NCBI GenBank assembly: GCA_963666175.2
Contig: CAXXTN010000003.1
Location: forward strand, 33,740-97,739
Direction of reading: 5' to 3'
Source: Candidatus Poribacteria bacterium
GTDB taxonomy: Bacteria > Poribacteria > WGA-4E > WGA-3G
DNA: 64,000 bases
Positions 46,677 through 55,645 of the stretch are shown here, one piece after another; position 1 is the stretch's first letter, and each line of letters starts with the position of its first letter. A model generated the notes under the pieces. The model saw only the letters and a program-made list of their open reading frames with translations. It did no database searches and was not told the DNA's origin. The position numbers and the translations under genes are program-made.

Positions 46677-47822
46677 ATGCACAATGTTACTTTTTATCAA
46701 GATGGACAGAATAATAGGTTAGCAAAGGAACGGAAAGCAGATACGCCGTGCTACCATACTCCATTATTCACGTTTATTCTCGTGGTGGCTCTCATATTTT
46801 CACTGATAGTTCCCAGTTATGCGACAACGAATGTGGGAACTGCGGGGGCACAATTTCTCAAGATCGGACCGGGTGCTCGTGTGGATAGTTTAGGTGGAGC
46901 GTTCGGGGCAATTGCAAACGATGTTACAACCATCTATTGGAATCCAGCGGGTTTGAGTCAACTTGAAAAGACAAGCTTTTCAGATACACACACGATTTGG
47001 CTTGCGGACGTGCGATACAACTATCTTGCATTTGCTGTACCAATAGAGAAGATCGGAACGTTAGGAGCAAGTGTCACGTTTCTTAACGTTCCCGATACGG
47101 AAATCACTAATCTTGACTTCCCTGATGGCACAGGACTTTGGTATTCCGCGTGGGATACTGCGGTCTCGGTAGCGTATTCCAGACAACTCTACCAAAAAGA
47201 ATCTGGTGTGAATCTCTCTTTTGGCATCAATGCCAAATATATCCATCAGCAGATTCATCGGGAAAGTGCCAGAGGCGTTGCTTTAGATGTTGGCACCCTA
47301 TACCATACAGGTTGGCGTAGTCTCCGAATCGGGATGTCTTTCTCAAACTTTGGTCCTGAAATGCGTTTCAGCGGTCCTGATCTTGAGGCGGGCACCGAAG
47401 TTGCGGGAAATGAACAACTGGCAGAATATACACCGCACCCCGATACCACGAATCCAACGGTAAAGGCAGAATTGGATACCGTTGAATTTCCGCTGCCATC
47501 AAATTTCCGACTCGGAGTCGCTTATGATTTAATTGATGATGACAGTAACCTACTTACTATTGCCTTGGACGGTAATCATCCGATTGACAACAGTGAACGT
47601 CTGAATCTTGGCGTGGAATACTGGTATAGAAAGATGGCGGCACTTCGGGCAGGTTATAAATTCCGTTTAGGTCCTGACCACAGTGATGATGAAGAAGGGT
47701 TGACTCTCGGTTTAGGAATACATTTAAAGTTTGGTAACACTATGTTATTGTTGGATTACGCATTCGCAGATTTTGAATATCTGAATGACGCGCACCGTGT
47801 TAGTGTGGGACTGAAGTTTTAA
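46677..47822 (+). CDS. PorV/PorQ-family outer-membrane beta-barrel protein
   Basis: GTAGAQFLKIGPGARVDSLGGAFGAIANDVTTIYWNPAGL is the family N-terminal signature. AAGGAG RBS; starts 24 nt after the cargo gene. Confidence 0.7.
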   Translation: MHNVTFYQDGQNNRLAKERKADTPCYHTPLFTFILVVALIFSLIVPSYATTNVGTAGAQFLKIGPGARVDSLGGAFGAIANDVTTIYWNPAGLSQLEKTSFSDTHTIWLADVRYNYLAFAVPIEKIGTLGASVTFLNVPDTEITNLDFPDGTGLWYSAWDTAVSVAYSRQLYQKESGVNLSFGINAKYIHQQIHRESARGVALDVGTLYHTGWRSLRIGMSFSNFGPEMRFSGPDLEAGTEVAGNEQLAEYTPHPDTTNPTVKAELDTVEFPLPSNFRLGVAYDLIDDDSNLLTIALDGNHPIDNSERLNLGVEYWYRKMAALRAGYKFRLGPDHSDDEEGLTLGLGIHLKFGNTMLLLDYAFADFEYLNDAHRVSVGLKF

Positions 47823-47847
47823 TTCAGTCTGATTCTACAAGTTTGAT

Positions 47848-47877
47848 TAGGCGGGGCAATTTCCCGCCTATATTTGT
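47848..47877 (+). terminator. Rho-independent terminator after the PorV-like gene
   Basis: TAGGCGGG-gcaattt-CCCGCCTA stem-loop followed by TATTTGT. Confidence 0.6.
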
Positions 47878-47903
47878 ACACGACATATAATAAGACATCT
47901 GAT

Positions 47904-49304
47904 ATGACAAACAAACCCAACATTGTTTATCTCCTTTCTGACCAAATCCGTGCTTGCTCATTGCCAGTATATGGCGAAACTCAGATTGATACTCCTCACA
48001 TTGACCGACTCGCGCAGGAAGGCACAGTGTTCTCCAACGCAATCGCCACTGCACCTGTTTGCACACCTTACCGTTCTATGCTGCTCACCGGACGACACCC
48101 GCAGACAACTGGACATCTTATAAACTTCGTCAACACCCGACACGATGAGATCGGACTCGGTGATGTATTCAGTCGAAACGGTTATCGCACCGCGTGGGTC
48201 GGTAAATGGCATTTGCACACAGGTTCATTCCCAGAAATCGGTGGACGCGATTATGTCCCAGAAGGACGTGATCGACTCGGTTTCCAACATTGGCGTGGTT
48301 ATAACTTTCATACGGACTACTTCAACGGCACGGTAAATCTTGACAATTGGCGAAACGAAAGATGGGAAGGATATGAAACTGACGCGCTGAACCGATATGC
48401 CTTTCAGTTTATGGATGATGTTGACGATGATACACCATTTTGTCTGTTTATCTCTCCACATCAAGCACATAATACACCTTACGATTATGCACCACAGAAA
48501 TACTATGACCGACTCCCTGAAGAACTTCACCTACCTGAAAACGTGCCAGATAAACAGCGAGAACAATCCTTAAAGATTTACCGCCACTACCTCGCTATGA
48601 CGTTAGCAGTTGATGATATGCTTGGAGAACTGGTGGCATACCTTGAAAAAACAGGACGTGTGGAAAATACGTTACTTGTTTTTGGGTCTGATCATGGCAC
48701 GCAAGGTGGCGCGCAAGGTATCAATTTTTGGGCAAAGAAGAAACCTTACGAGGAATCCATCAAAGTGCCCTTGATAATGCGGCTTCCCGGCGTTTTTGAA
48801 GGCAATCGCACTTGCGACACACTTACATCTCCTGTTGATCTGTTCCCATCTCTATGCGGTTTATGTGGAATTCAACCACCACGGACAGTAGAAGGATATG
48901 ATTTGTCTGCATCTTGGTGTGGTGAAACGGATGCTTTTGAACAGGACGCTGTTTTGACGATGAACTTCGGTGCGACCTACGATTACTTTGTGGATGGTGA
49001 CGAATGGCGTGGTGTCAGAACAAAATCCCATAGTTACGCACGTTGGCTTGATGGTAAACGGATGTTGTATGACATTGAAGCAGACCCACTACAGATGAAC
49101 AACCTGATTGACAATCCTGATGCTAAATCGTTAGCAGATGAAATGGAAAGGACGCTCTTAAATCTTATGGATGCGCGAAACGATAAACTCCAACCTGCAA
49201 CGAGTTATACGGATTGGTATGACGCGCAACGACGCATTATTCGTAATGCACACGGTCCGCTTGGTAATCCTGAAGATGAGCCTGATTGGTCGTTATTGAA
49301 GTGA
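47904..49304 (+). CDS. Formylglycine-dependent sulfatase
   Basis: Start moved to the ATG at 47904, because the 47874 start overlaps the upstream terminator. NIVYLLSDQ ... PVCTPYRSMLLTG ... FGSDHG. Confidence 0.85.
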   Translation: MTNKPNIVYLLSDQIRACSLPVYGETQIDTPHIDRLAQEGTVFSNAIATAPVCTPYRSMLLTGRHPQTTGHLINFVNTRHDEIGLGDVFSRNGYRTAWVGKWHLHTGSFPEIGGRDYVPEGRDRLGFQHWRGYNFHTDYFNGTVNLDNWRNERWEGYETDALNRYAFQFMDDVDDDTPFCLFISPHQAHNTPYDYAPQKYYDRLPEELHLPENVPDKQREQSLKIYRHYLAMTLAVDDMLGELVAYLEKTGRVENTLLVFGSDHGTQGGAQGINFWAKKKPYEESIKVPLIMRLPGVFEGNRTCDTLTSPVDLFPSLCGLCGIQPPRTVEGYDLSASWCGETDAFEQDAVLTMNFGATYDYFVDGDEWRGVRTKSHSYARWLDGKRMLYDIEADPLQMNNLIDNPDAKSLADEMERTLLNLMDARNDKLQPATSYTDWYDAQRRIIRNAHGPLGNPEDEPDWSLLK

Positions 49305-49333
49305 TTAAGTTGAAAGAAGTGAAGAGGTTTGAA

Positions 49334-49672
49334 TCACACTTGGATCTCAATGCTAACATCCGTAAGTGTTAAAGGTGCAACCAACAACTGACACTCAAGT
49401 GCATTCAGCATAGTTCTGAGAATGTCAAATTGAGGGGTATTCTCGTCAGATAGGATACCTGAGAGGATCTCGGATTTGATACCGGTTCGTTTGGAAAGTT
49501 CAGAAACGCCTCCCTGTGATTCTATAAAGGTGCGAAGTCCCTTTAGAAAAAAAGGAAGGTCACCGTCGATTTGGTATTCCTCCAATGTCAGTTGGAGATA
49601 GTCAATTGCAGCTTCGCGGTCTTTAGCAAGTCTTTCAATTTGGTATTCGCGCCAGTTTCCCATTTCTCTCAT
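49334..49672 (-). CDS. higA: HigA-like addiction-module antidote protein (HTH)
   Basis: GGVSELSKRTGIKSEILSGILS HTH. Its ATG overlaps the toxin stop as ATGA. Confidence 0.75.
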   Translation of the reverse strand: MREMGNWREYQIERLAKDREAAIDYLQLTLEEYQIDGDLPFFLKGLRTFIESQGGVSELSKRTGIKSEILSGILSDENTPQFDILRTMLNALECQLLVAPLTLTDVSIEIQV

Positions 49673-50008
49673 CGGCGTACCTCCTTATATTCCTTCCAAT
49701 AGGTCTTTGCAAGTTCTATATCTCGTGCTTGCGATGCCTTGTCCCCACCACAAAGCCAGAAGAACGAGCGTATTTTCAATTTGACCAAAATAGATGCGAT
49801 ATCCTGGTCCAAAGTGCAAACGCAATTCAAAGACACCTGCACCGACAGATTGACAGTCACCAATATTACCATCTTCAAGTCGCTCAAGTCTTTTGTCAAT
49901 TCTGTTTTGCGTATTTTTATCTCGAATAGATGTAAACCATTCAGTAAAAGGTTGCCTGCCGTTTGGGGCACGGTAATATTGTATTTCTATCGGATGTCCG
50001 TTACCCAT
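49669..50008 (-). pseudogene. higB: HigB/RelE-like addiction-module killer protein, interrupted by a 1-nt frameshift near 49756
   Basis: Frame 1 reads ...RIDKRLERLEDGNIGDCQSVGAGVFELRLHFGPGYRIYFGQIENTLVLL. Frame 2 continues LCGGDKASQARDIELAKTYWKEYKEVRR, ending in the ATGA overlap with higA. The joined sequence matches the family pattern ...GYR.YF......VLLLCGGDKS.Q..DI..A. Confidence 0.75.
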
Positions 50009-50136
50009 TTACAACCATCCACATTTCAGCACATACGGAAAAAATAAGCAGATTCACTAGAATTAATTATACTTCAATTGTCTTTAATAATACAAGTGAA
50101 ATATACGATTTTGCTTCTAAGCATTGCTGAAATGAT

Positions 50137-50165
50137 TTGACAATATACAACGAAAAAGATATAAT
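50137..50165 (+). promoter_or_regulatory. Perfect consensus sigma-70 promoter TTGACA-N17-TATAAT
   Basis: TTGACA at 50137-50142 and TATAAT at 50160-50165, about 42 nt upstream of the ATG at 50208. Confidence 0.7.
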
Positions 50166-50207
50166 TCTATGAACTGTAGCATATCACTTGTAGAGGGAGA
50201 AGCATAA

Positions 50208-50459
50208 ATGTCTAACGAACGTATGACTCTTGAAGAGATGACTGAGAAATATCCTGATCAATGGTTGTTTATCATTGACTGTGAAATCAGCGAAAATACC
50301 GAACTGTTGTCAGGGGTTGTCTTTGCTCATAGTGAAGCGCGAGATGATATTTCTGAAGTTTCAAGTAAATATGAAGGAAGCGCAGCCATACATTATACAG
50401 GTGGACTACCGGAAGGAATGCACTATATGTTATCTCCTTGGGTTTTTCATAGGGATTAG
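50208..50459 (+). CDS. Small acidic protein (83 aa), unknown function
   Basis: GGGAGA RBS and a consensus promoter upstream. Convergent with the OLD-like gene. No family recognised. Confidence 0.5.
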   Translation: MSNERMTLEEMTEKYPDQWLFIIDCEISENTELLSGVVFAHSEARDDISEVSSKYEGSAAIHYTGGLPEGMHYMLSPWVFHRD

Positions 50460-50534
50460 TTGAAATATCTTTATTTCTCCAAGCCATTCTAATTTGCCGC
50501 AATTGGTAATTACGGGCATCACTATTCATTATTA

Positions 50535-52391
50535 TTATGGTGTAGGTTGTTTAGTAGTTTCCACAAACTCCTTGATGATTTCCACGACTCTGTCAAACTT
50601 TTCAAAATCCTCAACACTCCCGTTTTCACAAATCCAATCACAGAATTTTGGCTTATCAAGATTTTCCACATGTCCACCATCATCTTTTGATGTTCTACTA
50701 TAATACTCATTTCTAAATTCAAACTCTTCATCAAAAAACTTTATTGGGAAAAGGTTTTCAATCCCCTTTGGAACTGCAGAATTTTCATTATTTTTCTGAA
50801 TTGATCTCACCCAAAGTTTTTCGATTTGTTCAGATGGTTTTTCTGTATCACAATCATAAAGAAGCAAAATAGGACGATGATACAAAGTTGGATTAGCCTC
50901 ATAGGTGCTGCGTAAATTATTTAGCCACGTATCTCCACCATAACGGGTTTTTCCACCATCATCTTCAATGCCGACAAATTCAATATCCAAAGAATTAAGA
51001 AGTTCATCCTTTCCTAACATGTCCAGAGCATGACGTATATAATTCACATCAAGCGGTCCCTCTGTCAAAACAAGAGGTCTGGTTCCGTCCGCAAAACGTC
51101 GTTTTGCCTCTTCTTCAAAGTGTTCTGTCTTTTGATAGAATTTAAATGCTTTTCCAAATTCCGTGTATCGTTCACTACTAATCCGTCTTGCTTCTGGCAT
51201 TTCAAGAATTTTAACTCTGTCTAAACCGAATCTTTTTTCCATACCGAGCAGAAATAGTGGAGAATGAGACGAAACGATAAACTGAACCTTTGGAAACATT
51301 TCAATGAGTTGTGGGAGAACATCGTGTTGGAGAGTTGGATGCAAATTAGCATCAATTTCATCTATTACAACAATTCCCGTAATGTCAGGGATATTAATGC
51401 TATTGTTTAGATCGTCACTTTCACCATATCGAATAATTGTTGTGAATAAGTGGAATAGTTGAGATTGACCAGCTGATAACGAAATTGGACTAAGAATTGT
51501 TTGACCTGCTTTCAAATCGATCACAAGTCTGGATAACGAGTGATTGCGAAAGGTATGACGAAACATTGCAGAAGAATCTTGAAGTATAATTTTCAAAACG
51601 TCATCTACATTTCTTATGGACTTACGAAGAATTATACGATTTTCTATATCTCTAATTTTTAGTTGGTCCACGTTTGGTAGAATCCGTTCACCTCCTTCTC
51701 TAACTTGAAGTTTTAATAGATATTCTACGTCAACAGAGGAATCAAGAAACACGTCTAATATCCATCCAATATTTTCTTCAGCACAAGTTTCTACCCAAAT
51801 GGGTTTTTCAAGTTGACCAGCAAAACGGCGATGTGCAGAGGCATCGAATCCTACTTTTAGACTTTTAGGGTTTAACCAGTCTGGGTCTTCATGTCGACTT
51901 GCGGGGAAAAAAGCGTGTACTCCGTTATTCATTTCAGACTCAACAGTCTGTTTATTCACAGAAACATATTTAGGCTTTTCTTTTGTAGGTTTGTTCCATA
52001 CTGGAGAAAACACAGATTTCAAATCATCGGAATAGATTGACATATCTGGTGTTCCAATTTTCTCGCTATAAAAAAGATCACTGTCATTAGCATTGAAATG
52101 GAGAAGACTCAGGCTATAAGATTGTCTACTTCTTACTGTAGACGACCCAACGACTCGGAAATATGGGGTGCCTAACCCGTCAGTAGGCACAATATCATCA
52201 AAGACCTGCTTAGCAAATTCCGTAAGTGCATCAACGATATAGGAGAGAAAGATAGTTTTACCTGAACCGTTCGGACCGACAATTACAACAGGGAGTGGTC
52301 TCTCATCATCACCATCTTTGATAAACGGTAGTTTAACATGACATTCTGAGATGGGACCTGTATTCTGTAAAAATACTTCTTTAAGATACAT
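50535..52391 (-). CDS. OLD-family / PARIS-like ABC-type ATPase fused to a Toprim nuclease domain
   Basis: GGAG sits 7 nt before the ATG at 52391. Walker A GPNGSGKT, signature LSAGQSQ, Walker B VVIDEIDANLHP, H-loop VSSHSP. C-terminal Toprim motifs LVLTEGPLDVNYI and LLLYDCDTEK. Confidence 0.75.
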   Translation of the reverse strand: MYLKEVFLQNTGPISECHVKLPFIKDGDDERPLPVVIVGPNGSGKTIFLSYIVDALTEFAKQVFDDIVPTDGLGTPYFRVVGSSTVRSRQSYSLSLLHFNANDSDLFYSEKIGTPDMSIYSDDLKSVFSPVWNKPTKEKPKYVSVNKQTVESEMNNGVHAFFPASRHEDPDWLNPKSLKVGFDASAHRRFAGQLEKPIWVETCAEENIGWILDVFLDSSVDVEYLLKLQVREGGERILPNVDQLKIRDIENRIILRKSIRNVDDVLKIILQDSSAMFRHTFRNHSLSRLVIDLKAGQTILSPISLSAGQSQLFHLFTTIIRYGESDDLNNSINIPDITGIVVIDEIDANLHPTLQHDVLPQLIEMFPKVQFIVSSHSPLFLLGMEKRFGLDRVKILEMPEARRISSERYTEFGKAFKFYQKTEHFEEEAKRRFADGTRPLVLTEGPLDVNYIRHALDMLGKDELLNSLDIEFVGIEDDGGKTRYGGDTWLNNLRSTYEANPTLYHRPILLLYDCDTEKPSEQIEKLWVRSIQKNNENSAVPKGIENLFPIKFFDEEFEFRNEYYSRTSKDDGGHVENLDKPKFCDWICENGSVEDFEKFDRVVEIIKEFVETTKQPTP

Positions 52392-52584
52392 AGTGAACTC
52401 CAATAATATATTTTACTCATATCTCTGATTTTGCAGCATAAATTATAACCTATGGTTAACTATTTGTCAATTTTTTTGTACATTTATAGCTGTCTTGAAA
52501 ATCCATTGCTTAAAATGTCTCTCTCATGCTAAAATAAATATCCGAAACAACCAATAGAAACGGAGCAGACAACAAACAACAGAT

Positions 52585-55500
52585 ATGACCTTACAAGAAA
52601 TAATATTAGCATTAGAGAAATTTTGGGCAGAACAAGGATGTATAATTCAACAACCATGCGATATAGAAGTCGGCGCAGGGACATTTAACCCCGCCACATT
52701 TTTACGATGCCTCGGACCAGAACCGTGGAATGTAGCGTATGTAGAACCTGTTAGGCGACCTACCGATGGCAGATATGCTGAAAACCCCTTTCGCCTCGGT
52801 GCATACTACCAATATCAAGTCATACTCAAACCAGCACCCGAAAATGTGCTACCACTCTATCTTGAAAGTCTATATCATCTCGGCATATCACCCCGCAAAA
52901 ACGACATCCGCTTTGTAGAGGACGACTGGGAATCTCCGACACTCGGTGCATCTGGACTCGGTTGGGAAGTGTGGTGGAACGGTGCAGAAGTTACACAGTT
53001 CACCTATTTCCAACAGATGGGTAGCATAGACCTTGCCCCGATTTGTGCTGAGATAACATACGGACTTGAACGGATCGCACTTTATCTACAGGATGTTGAT
53101 ACCTTTTTTGATATTCGCTGGAATGAACACCTGAACTATGGTGATGTCCACCATCAAAGTGAAGTGGAATACTCAACCTACAACTTTGAACACGCCAACG
53201 TTGACATGCTTTTTGATCAGTTCAGCACCTATGAAAAAGAAACGCACGCGTGTTTAGATGCGGGTTTAGTTCTGCCCGCAACCGACCATGTTCTGAAATG
53301 TTCCCATACCTTCAACATGCTGGATGCTCGCGGTGTTATCAGCGTCACGGAGAGGGTGAGTTATATTGAACGTGTGCGTAGGTTGGCACAACGTATCGCA
53401 CGCGCTTACGTCACACAGCGTGAAGAGATGGGACACCCACTGATGGGACGATTTGACGACACAGAGGATGCCTCTACCACGGTAGGTGCGGTTTCTAACC
53501 GCACTGAAGCAACTTCAGGTGAGGTATCTAACCTATCGGAAACCGCAGACCTTCTCTTTGAAATCGGCACGGAGGAGATACCTGCGAGTTACGTGCCACC
53601 TGTTCTTGACCAACTCAGCAAAATAGCGGTCGATTCCCTCGAAGAACATAGAATTCCGTTTGGCGATATTCAGACCTTCGGCACACCGAGACGTATAACA
53701 CTGACTATCAAAGACATCAAAACGCTGCAGGAAAGTGTGGAAACAGAAATCGTTGGACCACCTAAAAGCATTGCTTACGATGAAAATGGAGAACCAACGA
53801 AGGCAGCCATCGGTTTTGCAAAATCACAAGGTGTTGAACTCTCAGACATTCGCATTGTTGAAACTGAACGTGGCGAATACATTGCTGTCTCCAAACTTGA
53901 AGAAGGATTGTCAACACAGGAACTATTGGAAACACTCCTACCCGAATGGGTTGAAGCACTTCGCTTTCCCAAAACGATGCGGTGGGAAACAGAATCATCA
54001 GAACCACACGCCTTTGCTCGTTTTGCCCGTCCTATCCGTTGGTTAGTCGCGCTCCTCGGAGATGTACTCGTCAACTGTACTTATGGGGCAGCACATGCAA
54101 GTAATATTACTTATGGACACCGATCTTTACATCCCGACTCAATTACTTTGTCAACCGCAGACGTGGACATCTATATCCAGAAATTGCAGGAAGTTGATGT
54201 TATCGCATGTCAAAAGCAACGACGTGACACCATAGAAAAACAGGTGCGGAAAGTTTTTGAAGCCGAAGGATGTTTGCCTGCGATAGATGAAGAATTGTTG
54301 GATACGGTAAACTATCTCGTAGAAAATCCTCAGCCTATTATTGGAGATTTCAGCGAGTCTCATTTGGAATTACCACCTGAAGTGCTGATTACCGCTATGA
54401 AAAAACATCAACGTTATTTTCCGATGTGGAAAAGTGAAACTGAACTTGCACCGAAATTCATCACTATATCCAACGGAACAGATGGTAATATTGATGGTGT
54501 TCGGCACGGTAATGAACGTGTGCTACATGCACGACTCAACGATGCAGAATTCTTTTATAATGCTGATCAGAAAACAACACTCGCTGATAAAGTTGAACGT
54601 TTAGGTGCGGTTGTCTTTCACGCTAAACTCGGTTCGCTTTTGGACAAGGCAAATCGTATGAAGGCATTAGTGAAGTTTATTGCCACAGAATTGAAACTAT
54701 CGGAAACTACCACCCATCACGCAGAACGTGCAGCGTTACTCTGTAAAGCAGATTTGACAACGCAGATGGTGATAGAATTCCCATCGCTACAGGGGATTAC
54801 GGGACGGTACTACGCTCAAAACTCTGGTGAAACTACAGAGGTCACTGAGGCTATCGCTGAGCATTACCAACCATTGGGTGCGGATACACCGCTGCCCGAA
54901 ACCGAGGTCGGGGCAATACTCGCTATCGCTGACAAAATTGACACCATAGTAGGATACTTCGGCATAGAGGAACGGCCGACTGGTTCGCAAGACCCGTATT
55001 CTTTACGACGGCATGCCCTCGGCACAATACGTATTCTACAAGATCGGCAGCTTCCCCTCTCATTGGACGCAATAGTTGAAAAAGCGATCTCACTATATGA
55101 TGTGGATTTAGTTGACGACACGAAAACAAGTATTCTGAATTTCATCAAAGAACGTCTACGCATTATCTTACAAACACAGAAATATACCCCTGACCTTGCT
55201 GATGCAGTATTAGCAGTCGGTGATGTTAATATTACAGATATCCTCAAACGTGCAGGTGCACTTGCTGAATTTCGCTTGACATCCAATTTTGAAGACATAT
55301 ATAATGCACTCAATCGTGTGCTTAGGATTTTGCCTGAAAATGCACCGGAAACTGTGGATACTGGGTTGCTAAAAGACAATGCTGAAAAAGAGTTAAACGC
55401 TCATATCACCGAAGCAGAACCTAATTTTGAGAAAAGTATCCAGTTGAGAGAATATTCAGAACTCTTGAATCAGTTAGCAGCGTTGCAACTTACAATTGAC

Positions 55501-55635
55501 AAGTTTTTTGACGATGTTCTTGTTATGGCAGAAGATGCTGACCTTCGTACAAATAGATTAGCATTGCTAAATCGTATAGCGAAACATATCTATGCCGTAG
55601 CCGACCTGACGAAGTTGGTAATTGCCGGGGAGTAG
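52585..55635 (+). CDS. glyQS: Fused glycine--tRNA ligase, alpha (GlyQ) plus beta (GlyS) in one polypeptide
   Basis: N-terminus [24 protein letters not shown]...GAGTFNP (GlyQ). After about 300 aa and a ~30-aa linker, [12 protein letters not shown] begins the GlyS part. 1016 aa. Confidence 0.9.
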   Translation: MTLQEIILALEKFWAEQGCIIQQPCDIEVGAGTFNPATFLRCLGPEPWNVAYVEPVRRPTDGRYAENPFRLGAYYQYQVILKPAPENVLPLYLESLYHLGISPRKNDIRFVEDDWESPTLGASGLGWEVWWNGAEVTQFTYFQQMGSIDLAPICAEITYGLERIALYLQDVDTFFDIRWNEHLNYGDVHHQSEVEYSTYNFEHANVDMLFDQFSTYEKETHACLDAGLVLPATDHVLKCSHTFNMLDARGVISVTERVSYIERVRRLAQRIARAYVTQREEMGHPLMGRFDDTEDASTTVGAVSNRTEATSGEVSNLSETADLLFEIGTEEIPASYVPPVLDQLSKIAVDSLEEHRIPFGDIQTFGTPRRITLTIKDIKTLQESVETEIVGPPKSIAYDENGEPTKAAIGFAKSQGVELSDIRIVETERGEYIAVSKLEEGLSTQELLETLLPEWVEALRFPKTMRWETESSEPHAFARFARPIRWLVALLGDVLVNCTYGAAHASNITYGHRSLHPDSITLSTADVDIYIQKLQEVDVIACQKQRRDTIEKQVRKVFEAEGCLPAIDEELLDTVNYLVENPQPIIGDFSESHLELPPEVLITAMKKHQRYFPMWKSETELAPKFITISNGTDGNIDGVRHGNERVLHARLNDAEFFYNADQKTTLADKVERLGAVVFHAKLGSLLDKANRMKALVKFIATELKLSETTTHHAERAALLCKADLTTQMVIEFPSLQGITGRYYAQNSGETTEVTEAIAEHYQPLGADTPLPETEVGAILAIADKIDTIVGYFGIEERPTGSQDPYSLRRHALGTIRILQDRQLPLSLDAIVEKAISLYDVDLVDDTKTSILNFIKERLRIILQTQKYTPDLADAVLAVGDVNITDILKRAGALAEFRLTSNFEDIYNALNRVLRILPENAPETVDTGLLKDNAEKELNAHITEAEPNFEKSIQLREYSELLNQLAALQLTIDKFFDDVLVMAEDADLRTNRLALLNRIAKHIYAVADLTKLVIAGE
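53481..53539 (+). repeat. REP-like hairpin (plus a degenerate second copy) embedded in frame in the GlyQ-GlyS linker
   Basis: GGTAGGTGCGGTT-TCT-AACCGCAC (53481-53504) matches the intergenic GGTAGGTGCGGTT-TCCT-AACC family. A degenerate copy CAGGTGAGGTATCTAACCTATCGG is at 53516-53539. Translated, they give the internal peptide repeat [10 protein letters not shown] / [11 protein letters not shown]. Confidence 0.75.
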
Positions 55636-55645
55636 ACACTCTTTT

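Noticed and set aside
47874-47903. The 47874 ATG as the sulfatase start
   Set aside because: It overlaps the terminator hairpin and T-tract of the upstream operon. The ATG at 47904 gives the normal MTNKPNIVYLLSDQ sulfatase N-terminus.
52404-52584. T-box leader upstream of glyQS
   Set aside because: There is no T-box sequence (GGGTGGTACCGCG-like) and no specifier-loop architecture. The region is AT-rich with only a plausible promoter (TTGCTT-N18-TAAAAT at 52506-52535).
55622-55645. TTG at 55622 as the start of the HEAT-repeat protein
   Set aside because: It overlaps the glyQS 3' end. The downstream ATGs at 55646 and 55667 both give a normal lipoprotein signal peptide.
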